DNA of 40,805 bases. Source: Polaromonas sp. (lineage in GTDB: Bacteria; Pseudomonadota; Gammaproteobacteria; Burkholderiales; Burkholderiaceae_C). The DNA is taken from the NCBI GenBank assembly GCA_039925285.1, contig JBDSZF010000185.1, positions 1 to 40,805 on the forward strand. The letters run 5' to 3'. Below are positions 1-9,204 of this stretch, in pieces. The notes beneath the pieces are model-generated. The model ran no database searches. It was given only the letters and a program-made list of their open reading frames with translations, and was not told the DNA's origin. A program made the translations under genes and the position numbers. The number at the start of each line of letters is the position of its first letter. Positions within the stretch are counted from its first letter, which is position 1.

Positions 1-34
1 TGGGGCGGCCCGGCGCGCTCATGGGCGGTGGGCT

Positions 35-2926
35 TTAGACATCGAGTGTGGGCTCCGCCAGAGCGGCCGCTATCGACTTGCGCGCCGCATCGCGCAGTTC
101 GAGCGCGTGGCCCCAGCCCGGGCCTGCCGGTGAGATGGCCGCGCCGATCGTCACCCGGACCTCGCTGCGGTGCGGCAGCCAGGCCTTGTCGCGCAGCAGC
201 GAGCGGGTGCCATTCAGCGTCACCGGCACCAGCGGTGTTGCGGTTTCGGCAGCAATCACGAAGGCCCCGAGCTTGAAGGGTTGCAGGCCGCTGGCACGCC
301 GGAACGTGCCTTCGGGGAAGAACACCATCGATTCGCCTCCACGCACGCGCACTTGCAGCGCCCGGGTGTTCTCGACGCCTTGCGCCGCATCGAAGCGCTC
401 GACGAACGCGACGCCCAGCCTGCGCAGCGCCGGGCCGATCAGCACCCCGTCGGCCAGCTCGCGCTTGGTGGCGAAAGAGAATTCGGCTGGCAGCACCGCA
501 CTCAGCACGATCGCATCGAGATAGCTGGCGTGGTTGGCGACGACGATGCGCGGCCCGAGTGTTGGAAGCCGGTTCAGTCCGTCCACTTGCACGGGCAAGC
601 CGATCAGGCGGATCGCTGCCCGTGTCAGCGTGCGCGCCGCGCGCCGCCGCAGGGCCACGCCCGGCAACATCATTACCGCACACCACGCCATGGAACCCAG
701 CGTGCAGAACACGCTCCAGGCCCACAGTCCCCAAGCCAGCCGGGTGGCCGAGCGCAATGCGCGGCGCGCCCGCGCCGCTGCGGCAGTGGCCGCCAGCGCG
801 ACCCATTGCTGCCATGGCGCACGTTGCGTCACGCCGAGCCGGCCCTGCTCGTAGAGTTCGCGGCAGGCGGCGCGGCGGGTCTTGCCGCTCGAGGTCTTCA
901 GGACCGAGCGCGGCGGCGCCAGCACCACGTCATCGGCTGGCGCGCCGAGCAGCGTAGCCGACAGCACAGTGATGGCCTGGATGAGCTGGCGGCGCTGCTC
1001 GGGCTCGATGATCTTGGTCTCAGCGAGCACAACCAGCCGTTCGGTGCCGCTGCGCGGGTCGGTTGCCGCGAACACCGCCACGCCCCCCTTGCGAATGCCG
1101 GCGAGCTTGACCTCCGCGGATTCGAGCTCCTGCGGGTGGATATTCAAGCCGCCGCGAATGATGATGTCCTTTTCGCGCCCGGTGAGAAACAGTTCGCCGG
1201 CGGCCATGTAGCCGAGGTCGCCGGTGTTCAGCCAGGCGCCGTCGAACAGGCCTTGATTGGCAGCCGGGTTGTTCAGGTAGCCCTGCGTGCTGGAGGGGCC
1301 GCGGAACTGCACGTGCCCCTGCTCGCGCTCGGGCAACTCACGCCCGCCGGTGTCGACCACGCGCAACTCGTGGCCGGGTAGCGGCAACCCGCACGAGACG
1401 ATGCGTAGTGGCAGCGGATCGTCGGCTTGCGCAGGTTTGGCCACGCCGTCGCGGGCGAGCATGGCCCGATCAATGCGGTCGATCAGCGGGCCACGACCGA
1501 CCGGCGGAAATGCCAGGCCAACCGAGTTCTCGGCCAGACCATATACCGGTGTCAGGGCCTCACGCTTGAGGCCGCAGCGTGCAAAACGTGCCGCGAAGCG
1601 CTCCAGCGTCTCGGGGCTCACCGGTTCGGCGCCGTTAAAGGCCAGCCGCCAGCACGACAGGTCCAGGCCGTCGAGGTCGGCGTCGGCAAGCTTGGCCAGG
1701 CACAACTCGTAGGCAAAGTTGGGTGCCGCCGAAACCGTGCCGCGATGCCGGTGGATCGCCTCCAGCCAGCGCGCCGGTCGGGCGAGAAACGCGAGTGGCG
1801 ACATCAGCACCACATGAAAACCGATGGTCAAGCCGCCCAGGCAGGCGCCGATCAGACCCATGTCGTGGTACAGCGGCAGCCACGAGACGAAGATGTCGGC
1901 GCTGTTGGTCTTCGATGCTCGCCACATCGCGCGCAGGTTGGCCAGCAGGTTGGCGTGGGTCAGGATCACGCCCTTCGGGTCGCCCGTGCTGCCCGAGGTG
2001 TATTGCAGGAACGCAACATCCGACGCAGCAAGTAGCGGGCGCACGACGGGTGCGTCGGCTATGGACAGATCAGCCACTGTGGTGACGGTCCGCAAGGCTT
2101 CGAGCTGTGCCCGCAACAGATGTGAAAGCGGCTTGGCGCGTTCGACCGTCACCAGCACGCATGCCTGTGCATTGCGCAGAATGCCGGCAATGCGCGTCAG
2201 GTGGTCCTCAAGCTGCGAGGGCCGCGCCGGTGGGTACAGCGGAACCGGCACGCCGCCCGCATACAGCGCGCCAAAGAACGCGGCAAAGAATTCGCGCCCG
2301 GTAGGTAGCATGATCGCCACTTTGTCGCCCGGCTTCAGATCGAGTGCCCGCAAGCCCGCGGCCACTGCGATGGCATCGCGGTGCAGATCGGCGTAGCGCA
2401 GATCGACGGACTGGTCGCCGTTCTCGTACAGCGTGATCAGCACGCGCTGCGGGTGGCGCTGCAGGTGCCACTCGAAAACGTCCACCAGCGTCTGGATGGA
2501 ATCCGGCGGATACTGCTCCGACGCCGTGTCCTTGTCGGCATCCGTAGCCGAGCCGTGTTCGAGACGGGGCTGCCTGACGGGGGCTGTGAGGTCGACACCC
2601 CGGCCCCCAACGTGGGTGATGAATCGCAGCAGGTCGCGCGGCGTCTCCGCTTCGGTGAGCGCGGCTTCGCTCAGCAGCACGCCAAGATCGTGGTCGATGC
2701 GGGTCATCAGCTCGACGCGGGCCAGGCTGTCCAGGCCGTAGTCGCGCTCGAGCGAGTGGTCCAGGCCCAGAGAAGCACCGAGCCGCGCCTGCGGCCGCAA
2801 CTCGTCGGCCACACGACGTACCGTCGCCAGCAAGCGCGGCGCCAGCGATTCGAGGTCTGGCGCAGCGGCAACCCCGTGTGCTCCCAAGGGTTGCAGATCG
2901 TTTGGCTTCGGTGGATGTCCGTTCAT
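35..2926 (-). CDS. Fusion of acyl carrier domain, fatty acyl-AMP ligase (FAAL-like) and PlsC-type acyltransferase, 963 aa
   Basis: ACP motif DYGLDSLARVEL (Ppant Ser). Adenylation motifs LQYTSGSTGDPKG, SWLPLYHDMGLIG, YGLAE, TGDLG and KTSSGK. Hydrophobic segment, then PlsC motifs NHASYLD and FFPEGT. Confidence 0.9.
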   Translation of the reverse strand: MNGHPPKPNDLQPLGAHGVAAAPDLESLAPRLLATVRRVADELRPQARLGASLGLDHSLERDYGLDSLARVELMTRIDHDLGVLLSEAALTEAETPRDLLRFITHVGGRGVDLTAPVRQPRLEHGSATDADKDTASEQYPPDSIQTLVDVFEWHLQRHPQRVLITLYENGDQSVDLRYADLHRDAIAVAAGLRALDLKPGDKVAIMLPTGREFFAAFFGALYAGGVPVPLYPPARPSQLEDHLTRIAGILRNAQACVLVTVERAKPLSHLLRAQLEALRTVTTVADLSIADAPVVRPLLAASDVAFLQYTSGSTGDPKGVILTHANLLANLRAMWRASKTNSADIFVSWLPLYHDMGLIGACLGGLTIGFHVVLMSPLAFLARPARWLEAIHRHRGTVSAAPNFAYELCLAKLADADLDGLDLSCWRLAFNGAEPVSPETLERFAARFARCGLKREALTPVYGLAENSVGLAFPPVGRGPLIDRIDRAMLARDGVAKPAQADDPLPLRIVSCGLPLPGHELRVVDTGGRELPEREQGHVQFRGPSSTQGYLNNPAANQGLFDGAWLNTGDLGYMAAGELFLTGREKDIIIRGGLNIHPQELESAEVKLAGIRKGGVAVFAATDPRSGTERLVVLAETKIIEPEQRRQLIQAITVLSATLLGAPADDVVLAPPRSVLKTSSGKTRRAACRELYEQGRLGVTQRAPWQQWVALAATAAAARARRALRSATRLAWGLWAWSVFCTLGSMAWCAVMMLPGVALRRRAARTLTRAAIRLIGLPVQVDGLNRLPTLGPRIVVANHASYLDAIVLSAVLPAEFSFATKRELADGVLIGPALRRLGVAFVERFDAAQGVENTRALQVRVRGGESMVFFPEGTFRRASGLQPFKLGAFVIAAETATPLVPVTLNGTRSLLRDKAWLPHRSEVRVTIGAAISPAGPGWGHALELRDAARKSIAAALAEPTLDV

Positions 2927-2981
2927 CGCAAGTGGCTATGTGAGCGTTAGATGTGGAAACCTTCGAAGCGTCTTCGGTTGA

Positions 2982-2995
2982 TTGACAAATGTCAA
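2982..2995. promoter_or_regulatory. FNR/CRP-family binding box (TTGAC-AAAT-GTCAA)
   Basis: Symmetric match to TTGAy-N4-rTCAA, 56-69 bp upstream of the ATG at 2926. The regulated direction is not established. Confidence 0.65.
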
Positions 2996-3263
2996 GGAGG
3001 AGATGGTTCACCGCCCGGCTATCGCTTATTCCCTGCTAGCCTGACAGGGTGGTCCGGGGGGGCGAAACCGGGGGGCAAACGATGGCAGCACAGATGCGTG
3101 GACGTTGGGGGCTGCCTGGGCCCCGCGCGGCGGCAGCAAGCACCGACCACGATGCGGCGCTGCACTGATCCGGCCCGCGGCCCCGGCCGTGCTCTGGCAG
3201 GGGCGCATCGGTGATCCAGGAGGCCAGGGAGATGAGGGCTATTTCGCCGGGCACCGCAGACGG

Positions 3264-3660
3264 CTGCTTGCCGTTGCGCTGCTGACCATCACTGCGCCGA
3301 GCGTCTGGGTCCGCGCGTCGGCCTGCGGCTGTTTCCCTGGCTGGCGGCGGCCTGTTCAGCGTCGTTTACTCGATGCTGAGCGAGCGCGCCGGCGTCGGCG
3401 ATCTGCGCCTGTACGGCCTGGTGCACTTCTACCCGATGCTGCTGATTTCGTTGTTGATGTGGCTGTTTGCGCTGCGCTACACGCGCGGCCGCGACCTGCT
3501 GGTGGTGCTGGCCGTCTACGCCGCGGCGCTGGTGGCGGAATACCTGGGTCGGGAGGTCTTCGTGGCCGGCGGCTGGATCAGCGGCCACAGCGTCAAGCAT
3601 GTGCTGGCCGCCATGGCTACCGCTTGGGCTGTTCGCATGCTGCGCTTGCGCAGCCCGGCC
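3264..3660 (+). pseudogene. Frameshifted C-terminal remnant of an alkaline phytoceramidase-like (CREST superfamily) membrane hydrolase; ends approximate
   Basis: Family-like segments lie in three successive frames: LLAVALLTI, then ERLGPRVGLRLFPWLAA (from 3299), then GLFSVVY..GDLRLYGLVHFYPML..RYTRG..SGHSVKH (from 3349). No N-terminal half recognised. Confidence 0.65.
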
Positions 3661-3868
3661 CCTGGTGCGTTGAATGCGTGGCAGGGCTGGCCGGCCTGTG
3701 CCTCACGGCGCCGGCCGGATCACCTGGCCATGGCGGCGCAGTTGCAGCCAGTCATGATCGTTTGTCGCGAAAGGCCGCTGGAGCGCATGCCGGTGCTCAT
3801 CTGGGTCTGGGTCATTGCGGCATGTTAACTCGTAGACGATTGGATGGGCGTTGGCGCGGAGTGCGGGC

Positions 3869-4927
3869 TCAGCAGATGCGTGGCAGCGGCTCGCCACTCA
3901 ACCAGTCCACCACCCGGCGGCCGCCGAAGGCCGTAGTCATCTGTACAAAGCAGTGCGGGTCTGCGCTGACGTGGCCGATGCACTCTGCCGAGCGCCCGAG
4001 CGGATGCGCGTGCATCGCCGCCAGCACCGCATCGGCCGCCTCGAGGGCGACGATCGCTATCAGCTTGCCCTCGTTGGCGATGTACAGCGGGTCCAGTCCC
4101 AGCAGCTCGCAAGCGGCGGCGACCTGCGGCAGCACCGGTATCGCGGCTTCCTGCAACAGCATGCCTACTCCGGACTGGCGCGCGATTTCGTTCAGCGTGG
4201 TGGCCAGACCGCCACGCGTGGGGTCGCGCAGCACGTGCACCGCACCCTCGGGTGCGGCCACCAGCATCGCGGCCACCAGGGTGTGCAGCGCGGCGCTGTC
4301 TGAGCGGATGGTGGTGTCGAAATCGAGCGACTCGCGCTGCGACAGCACCGCCACACCATGTTCACCGATGCTGCCCGAGAGCAGTATCGCATCGCCCGGC
4401 CGCGCATTGGCGCCGCCGATATCGCGCCCCTCGGGCACCACGCCCAGGCCGGTGGTGCTGATGAAGACGCCATCGCCCTTGCCTTTTTCGACCACCTTGG
4501 TGTCGCCGGTGACGATGGGAACGCCACAGGCACGCGAGGCCGCTGCCATCGACTCGACGATGCGCTTGAGCTGCGCCAGCGGGAAGCCTTCTTCGAGGAT
4601 GAAGCTCGCACTCAGGTACAGCGGCGTGGCGCCCAGCATGGCCACGTCGTTGACGGTGCCGTGCACCGCCAGGCTGCCGATGTCGCCGCCGGGAAAGAAC
4701 AGCGGTGAAATCACATGCGCGTCGGTCGCCATCACCAGCCGCTGCCCGGCCGGCACGCCGAGCAGCGCGCCGTCGTTGCCCTGGCGCAGGTAATCGTTAT
4801 CGAAGGCGCGGGCGAACAGTTCGTCGACCAGCTGCGCCCCCACTCGCCCGCCGGCGCCATGATTCATGTCGATGCGTCCGTGCCGCAAGTCAAGGGGACG
4901 AATGTAGTCTTTCTTCACACTGCTCAT
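3869..4927 (-). CDS. hypE: Hydrogenase maturation protein HypE
   Basis: HGAGG, PLFFPGGDIG, GDTKVV, DPTRGG and C-terminal PRIC. ATG at 4927 overlaps the hypD stop (ATGA). Confidence 0.97.
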   Translation of the reverse strand: MSSVKKDYIRPLDLRHGRIDMNHGAGGRVGAQLVDELFARAFDNDYLRQGNDGALLGVPAGQRLVMATDAHVISPLFFPGGDIGSLAVHGTVNDVAMLGATPLYLSASFILEEGFPLAQLKRIVESMAAASRACGVPIVTGDTKVVEKGKGDGVFISTTGLGVVPEGRDIGGANARPGDAILLSGSIGEHGVAVLSQRESLDFDTTIRSDSAALHTLVAAMLVAAPEGAVHVLRDPTRGGLATTLNEIARQSGVGMLLQEAAIPVLPQVAAACELLGLDPLYIANEGKLIAIVALEAADAVLAAMHAHPLGRSAECIGHVSADPHCFVQMTTAFGGRRVVDWLSGEPLPRIC

Positions 4928-6063
4928 GCGCTCACCACCGGAATGTCGCGGAAACGCCCATAGGTGTAGTGCGCCGCGCACGAGCCCTCGCTCGACACCA
5001 TGCAGGAACCCATCGGGTTCTCGGGCGTGCACACCGTGCCGAACAGCTTGCAGTCGGTCGGCTGCTTGACGCCGCGCAGGATCGCGCCGCACTCGCACTG
5101 CTTGTGGTCGGGCACGGCCTGGTAGATCAGCTCGAAGCGCCGCTCGGCGTCGAAGGCCGCGAACTCGGGGCGGATTTTCAGCGCACTGAACGGCACCTCA
5201 CCGAGGCCACGCCACTCGAAACTGTCGCGCAGCCCGAACACCTCGGCCGTGACAGCTTGTGCCGCACGGTTGCCGGCGCGGTCGACGGCGCGCGTGAACT
5301 GGTTCTCGACCTCGGCGCGGCCCTGGTTGACCTGGCGCACCAGCATCAGAATGGACTGCATCACGTCCAGCGGCTCGAAGCCGGAGATCACCACCGGCTT
5401 GCGGTAGGTGCTGGCGAAGGGCTCGTAGGGTGCCGATCCGATCACGATGCTCACATGCGCCGGGCCGACGAAGCCGTCCAGCGGCAGCGTGCCGTACTGC
5501 GCCACCTCGGGTGACTGCAGGATATGCGTGATGGCGCTCGGCGTCAGCACATGGCAGCAGATCACACTGAAGTTCTTCAGACCCTCGCGCGCGGCCTGAC
5601 GGATCACCAGCGCGGTGGGCGGTGTGGTGGTTTCGAAGCCGATCGCCAGGAACACCACCTCGCGCCCCGGCTGCTTGCGCGCGAGCTGCAGGGCGTCGGC
5701 CGGTGAATAGACCATGCGGATATCGCCGCCGCGGGCCTTGGCGCGCAGCAGCGACAAACCGTCGGAGGCCGGCACGCGCATCACGTCGCCGTAGGTGCAC
5801 AGCATCACGCCACGCTCCAGCGCCAGTTGGATGCCCAAATCGATGCGGCCGATCGGTAGCACGCACACCGGGCAGCCCGGGCCGTGGATCATGCGTACAT
5901 TGGCCGGCAGCAGGTCGACCACGCCGTAGCGCGCCAGCGCATGGGTGTGGCCGCCGCAGAACTCCATGAAGCTGTAGCCGCGCGCCGGGTCGACCTCGGC
6001 CTGCAGGCTTGCGGCGAGGTTGCGCGCCAGCGCGCCGTCGCGGAACTCATCCACGTATTTCAT
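4924..6063 (-). CDS. hypD: Hydrogenase maturation protein HypD
   Basis: MEFCGGHTH, GPGCPVC, GFETT and GSCMVSSEGSCAA. Start MKYVDEFRD at 6063 overlaps the hypC stop. Confidence 0.97.
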   Translation of the reverse strand: MKYVDEFRDGALARNLAASLQAEVDPARGYSFMEFCGGHTHALARYGVVDLLPANVRMIHGPGCPVCVLPIGRIDLGIQLALERGVMLCTYGDVMRVPASDGLSLLRAKARGGDIRMVYSPADALQLARKQPGREVVFLAIGFETTTPPTALVIRQAAREGLKNFSVICCHVLTPSAITHILQSPEVAQYGTLPLDGFVGPAHVSIVIGSAPYEPFASTYRKPVVISGFEPLDVMQSILMLVRQVNQGRAEVENQFTRAVDRAGNRAAQAVTAEVFGLRDSFEWRGLGEVPFSALKIRPEFAAFDAERRFELIYQAVPDHKQCECGAILRGVKQPTDCKLFGTVCTPENPMGSCMVSSEGSCAAHYTYGRFRDIPVVSA

Positions 6064-6284
6064 GCCTCGCTCCTTGCCAATTCGGCGAACAGCGCCAGTG
6101 TGGCTTGTGCCTCCGCTTCGTCGAGCGTGCCGATGGCGTGGCCCACATGCACGATCACGTAGTCGCCCGGCTGCGCGTCGGGTACCAGGGCGATGGAAAT
6201 CTGCTTGCGTACGCCGCCGAGGTCGACGATGGCTGTCTCGGCGTCGAGGAGCAGGGCGATGAGGGCGGGAAGAGCCAGGCACAT
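6060..6284 (-). CDS. hypC: Hydrogenase chaperone HypC
   Basis: N-terminal MCLALP and GDYVIVHVGHAI. Confidence 0.96.
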   Translation of the reverse strand: MCLALPALIALLLDAETAIVDLGGVRKQISIALVPDAQPGDYVIVHVGHAIGTLDEAEAQATLALFAELARSEA

Positions 6285-6286
6285 GG

Positions 6287-7462
6287 TCAGGTTTCCAGTG
6301 CAAGTTGGGGTTCGACCGACACGGCCAGGCCGACCAGCGGCGTGCAGCCAGCGATCCAGGCCTGGCCCAAGGCCAACCCGGCGTCACCGCAGCCGGCAGC
6401 CTGCGGCTCAAGCACGGTGAGCCCGGCACAATTCAGATTGGCACGCAGCCGCTGGCCTAGCACGTGGTTGACCAGGCAGCCGCCGGCCAACACCACCTGG
6501 CCGGTGCTGTGAGCGGTGGCCGCGTCGATCGCGCGCCGTGCCAAGCCAAGCGCCAGTGCCAGATGGAACTGCGCCGCACCACGCGCGCGGGCTTCGAGGC
6601 CTTGGGTCTGCAGCGCAAAAAGATCGGCCACGATCGGGTGCAAGTCCAGCGAGCTCCAGTTGAATTCGAAGTCGGGGTGATCGACCAGCCAGTCGCTGGC
6701 CAACTGCTCCAGCGCGATGGCGGCTTCGGCCTCGAAGGACTGCCGAACGCTCAAGCCCAGCGCGCCAGCGGCGGCGTCGAACCAGCGCCCGGCGCTGCTG
6801 CTGTGCGGGCAGTTCAGATCGCGCTGCAACATGACGTGCAGCAGCCGCGCGCTGGCGGTACCGACTAGGGGGGCAAAACGCGGCTCGATCTCGCTGCCAC
6901 GGCCCAGCGCAAACAACACGGCCGCCGCCAGACGCCAGGGTTCACGCGCCGCCGCGTCGCCCCCGGGCAGGGCCAGCGGAGCCAGATGGTCCAGGCGCCG
7001 CCACTGCTGCGCCTGAGCGCTGCCGCCGACCCACAGCACCTCACCGCCCCAGGCGCCACCGTCATGCCCCAAGCCCATGCCGTCGAGCGCCAAGCCGATC
7101 ACCGGGCCGTCGACGGGCTGCTCGGCCAGCACCACACCGATGTGCGCGTGGTGGTGTTGCACGCCGATCGCCGGCACGCCCAAGCGTTGTGCCAGAGCGA
7201 TGGCCAGGTGGGTGCTGTAAAAGTCAGGGTGCAGGTCGTGCGCCACCGCGTGCAGCGGGCCAGTCGCGCGTGCGAGCAGGGTGTCGAGAGCCTGCGCCAG
7301 CGCATCGCGGCTCGTCGCATCGCCCAAATCGCCATGCAGTGCCGACCAGTGCGCCTGGTCGCCGTCGATCAGGCAGGCCCGGTTCTTCAGAAAGGCGCCG
7401 CAGGCCAGCACACGCGCGGGTGCAGCACGCGGCAGGCGGGTCGAATAAGCAAGATCGTTCAT
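6287..7462 (-). CDS. hypF: Short carbamoyltransferase HypF (C-terminal Kae1-like part only, 391 aa)
   Basis: [46 protein letters not shown] and GDAGLALGQ. No acylphosphatase, Zn-finger or YrdC domains. ATG at 7462 overlaps the hypB stop. Confidence 0.9.
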   Translation of the reverse strand: MNDLAYSTRLPRAAPARVLACGAFLKNRACLIDGDQAHWSALHGDLGDATSRDALAQALDTLLARATGPLHAVAHDLHPDFYSTHLAIALAQRLGVPAIGVQHHHAHIGVVLAEQPVDGPVIGLALDGMGLGHDGGAWGGEVLWVGGSAQAQQWRRLDHLAPLALPGGDAAAREPWRLAAAVLFALGRGSEIEPRFAPLVGTASARLLHVMLQRDLNCPHSSSAGRWFDAAAGALGLSVRQSFEAEAAIALEQLASDWLVDHPDFEFNWSSLDLHPIVADLFALQTQGLEARARGAAQFHLALALGLARRAIDAATAHSTGQVVLAGGCLVNHVLGQRLRANLNCAGLTVLEPQAAGCGDAGLALGQAWIAGCTPLVGLAVSVEPQLALET

Positions 7463-7474
7463 GAACGATCTTGC
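7449..7474. repeat. Perfect 26-bp palindrome at the hypB/hypF junction
   Basis: GCAAGATCGTTCATGAACGATCTTGC equals its own reverse complement. Confidence 0.95.
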
Positions 7475-8340
7475 AGCGCGGCGTCTTCGCGCAGCAGCCA
7501 GTCCAGCCAGGCGTCCATGCCGTCGCCGCGCGTGGCCGAGAGCTGCAGCACCGCGATGCCGGGATTGATGCGGCGTGCGTACTCGATGCATTTCGCCACA
7601 TTGAAGTCCACGTGCGGCAGCAGGTCGATCTTGTTGAGCAGCATCAGGGTGGCGGCGGCGAACATGTCGGGGTACTTGAGGGGCTTGTCCTCGCCTTCGG
7701 TCACCGACAGGATCACGATCTTGGCAGCCTCGCCCAGATCCCACAACGCTGGGCAGATGAGGTTGCCGACGTTTTCGATGAACAGCAGCGCCTCGGGGCT
7801 GTGGTGCTCGTGGCTGTGCTGGTGTGAATATTCGTTCGGGTGCCCATGATGGTGGGCCTGGGCATGCAGATCGAGGCGGGCAAAGGCGTTGCCCACCATC
7901 TGCGCATCGAGGTGGCAGCCACGCCCGGTGTTGATCTGGATGGCCGGGGCACCGGCCGCGCGGATGCGCTCGGCGTCCAGGCGGGTCTGCTGGTCGCCTT
8001 CGATCACCGCCACCGGCACGGCGGGTGCGCGGCGCCGCAGCGCCTCAATCGTGGCGCACAGCAGCGTGGTCTTGCCCGAGCCGGGGCTGGACATGAGGTT
8101 GCACGCTGTGACCCCATGCGCCGCGAAATGCGCCCGGTTATCCGCCGCGTACCGGTTGTTGGCGCCCAACACATCGGCTTCAAGCTTGACCGTGCGGGCC
8201 TGGCTCAAGCCGGGCACCGAAGCCAGCGCAGGGCCCAAGCCGTAGTGCCGGTCGCCGGCGGACGGGTCCAGCGCCACTGGCGCGGCATGTTCATGCGCGC
8301 CATGATCCTCAGCGTTATTGCATCCACAGACGACACACAT
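7459..8340 (-). CDS. hypB: Hydrogenase nickel GTPase HypB
   Basis: MCVVCGC start with upstream AAGGAG. SPGSGKT, IEGDQ, CHLDA, ENVGNL, NKID and His-rich inserts. Confidence 0.97.
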   Translation of the reverse strand: MCVVCGCNNAEDHGAHEHAAPVALDPSAGDRHYGLGPALASVPGLSQARTVKLEADVLGANNRYAADNRAHFAAHGVTACNLMSSPGSGKTTLLCATIEALRRRAPAVPVAVIEGDQQTRLDAERIRAAGAPAIQINTGRGCHLDAQMVGNAFARLDLHAQAHHHGHPNEYSHQHSHEHHSPEALLFIENVGNLICPALWDLGEAAKIVILSVTEGEDKPLKYPDMFAAATLMLLNKIDLLPHVDFNVAKCIEYARRINPGIAVLQLSATRGDGMDAWLDWLLREDAALQDRS

Positions 8341-8351
8341 CGTTGTCTCCT

Positions 8352-8699
8352 TCAATCGTTCAACACGAGCAGGTCGAGCACGCGCAACGCGCTGCCGCCG
8401 CTAACTTGCACAGGACAGCCGTCGCAGAGCGGGCAGGGATCGGCCCGGCTGGCGATTGTCACCTCGCTCGCGCAGCGCGGACACCAGGCGCGGCCGGGCG
8501 GTTCGTCAATGGTAATCTGCGCGCCTTCCAGGCAGGTGCCAGGGGCGATGGCGTCCAGCGCAAACCGCAGCGCACTCACTTCAACGCCGGCCAGCGCGCC
8601 TGCCTCCAGGCGCAGATGCCCGACGCGCTGAAACCGCTCACGCGCGGCGGCGTCTTCCACCAAGCGCAGGATGTCCCCGGCCAGGCTTAACTCATGCAT
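8352..8699 (-). CDS. hypA: Hydrogenase nickel metallochaperone HypA
   Basis: MHELS start; CPRC and CPLC zinc pairs. Confidence 0.97.
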   Translation of the reverse strand: MHELSLAGDILRLVEDAAARERFQRVGHLRLEAGALAGVEVSALRFALDAIAPGTCLEGAQITIDEPPGRAWCPRCASEVTIASRADPCPLCDGCPVQVSGGSALRVLDLLVLND

Positions 8700-9204
8700 G
8701 AGCCACCTCGGTGCTGATCGCCGATGCGTCGAAGAGGGGTTCCGAAGTCAACCAGCGTCGGCACCAGCTCACGGCCAGCGTGAGGTTAACCCGGGCGGCA
8801 TCGCTGGGCGAGTCGCCAAGCTCGAAGCGCTCGCCGCAGATCGCCAGCAGGGTGCACGGCGGCGGCTCGATGCCGTGCAAGTCGCGAAACACCTGCATCA
8901 CGGCCTGCGGCGACATCGCGTGGGTGCTGAAGCTCATATCGCGCGCCGCCGTCAGCGCCGTCACCTCGAACGGCGCGGCGCAGCTCAGGCTGGCATCCAC
9001 GAACAGCACCCGCTGGCGACCGGCCAGGTCGAGCGCATGTTCCACCTGCAACTGAAAATCGGTCAGGCACTCGACACCGCTCAGCGCGCCCAATTGCTCA
9101 AGCAATTGCTCGACAAACATCGGCCCGAGCGCGTCGTCGCCGCGGCTCGGGTTGCCCCAGCCGAACACCAGAAGGGGGAGCACGGGTTCGGGGCATGGCG
9201 TCAT
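8692..9204 (-). CDS. hoxW: Hydrogenase maturation endopeptidase
   Basis: GWGNPSRGDDALG, FVDA and STHAM. Lies directly after hoxH. Confidence 0.92.
   Translation of the reverse strand: MTPCPEPVLPLLVFGWGNPSRGDDALGPMFVEQLLEQLGALSGVECLTDFQLQVEHALDLAGRQRVLFVDASLSCAAPFEVTALTAARDMSFSTHAMSPQAVMQVFRDLHGIEPPPCTLLAICGERFELGDSPSDAARVNLTLAVSWCRRWLTSEPLFDASAISTEVAHA

Noticed and set aside
3054-3080. Two similar CCGGGGGGC(G)AAA units
   Set aside because: Only two short low-complexity copies with no spacers. Not a CRISPR or a supportable repeat family.
3105-4793. 562-aa plus-strand ORF
   Set aside because: Mostly antisense shadow of hypE in GC-rich DNA. Only a few codons belong to the ceramidase relic.
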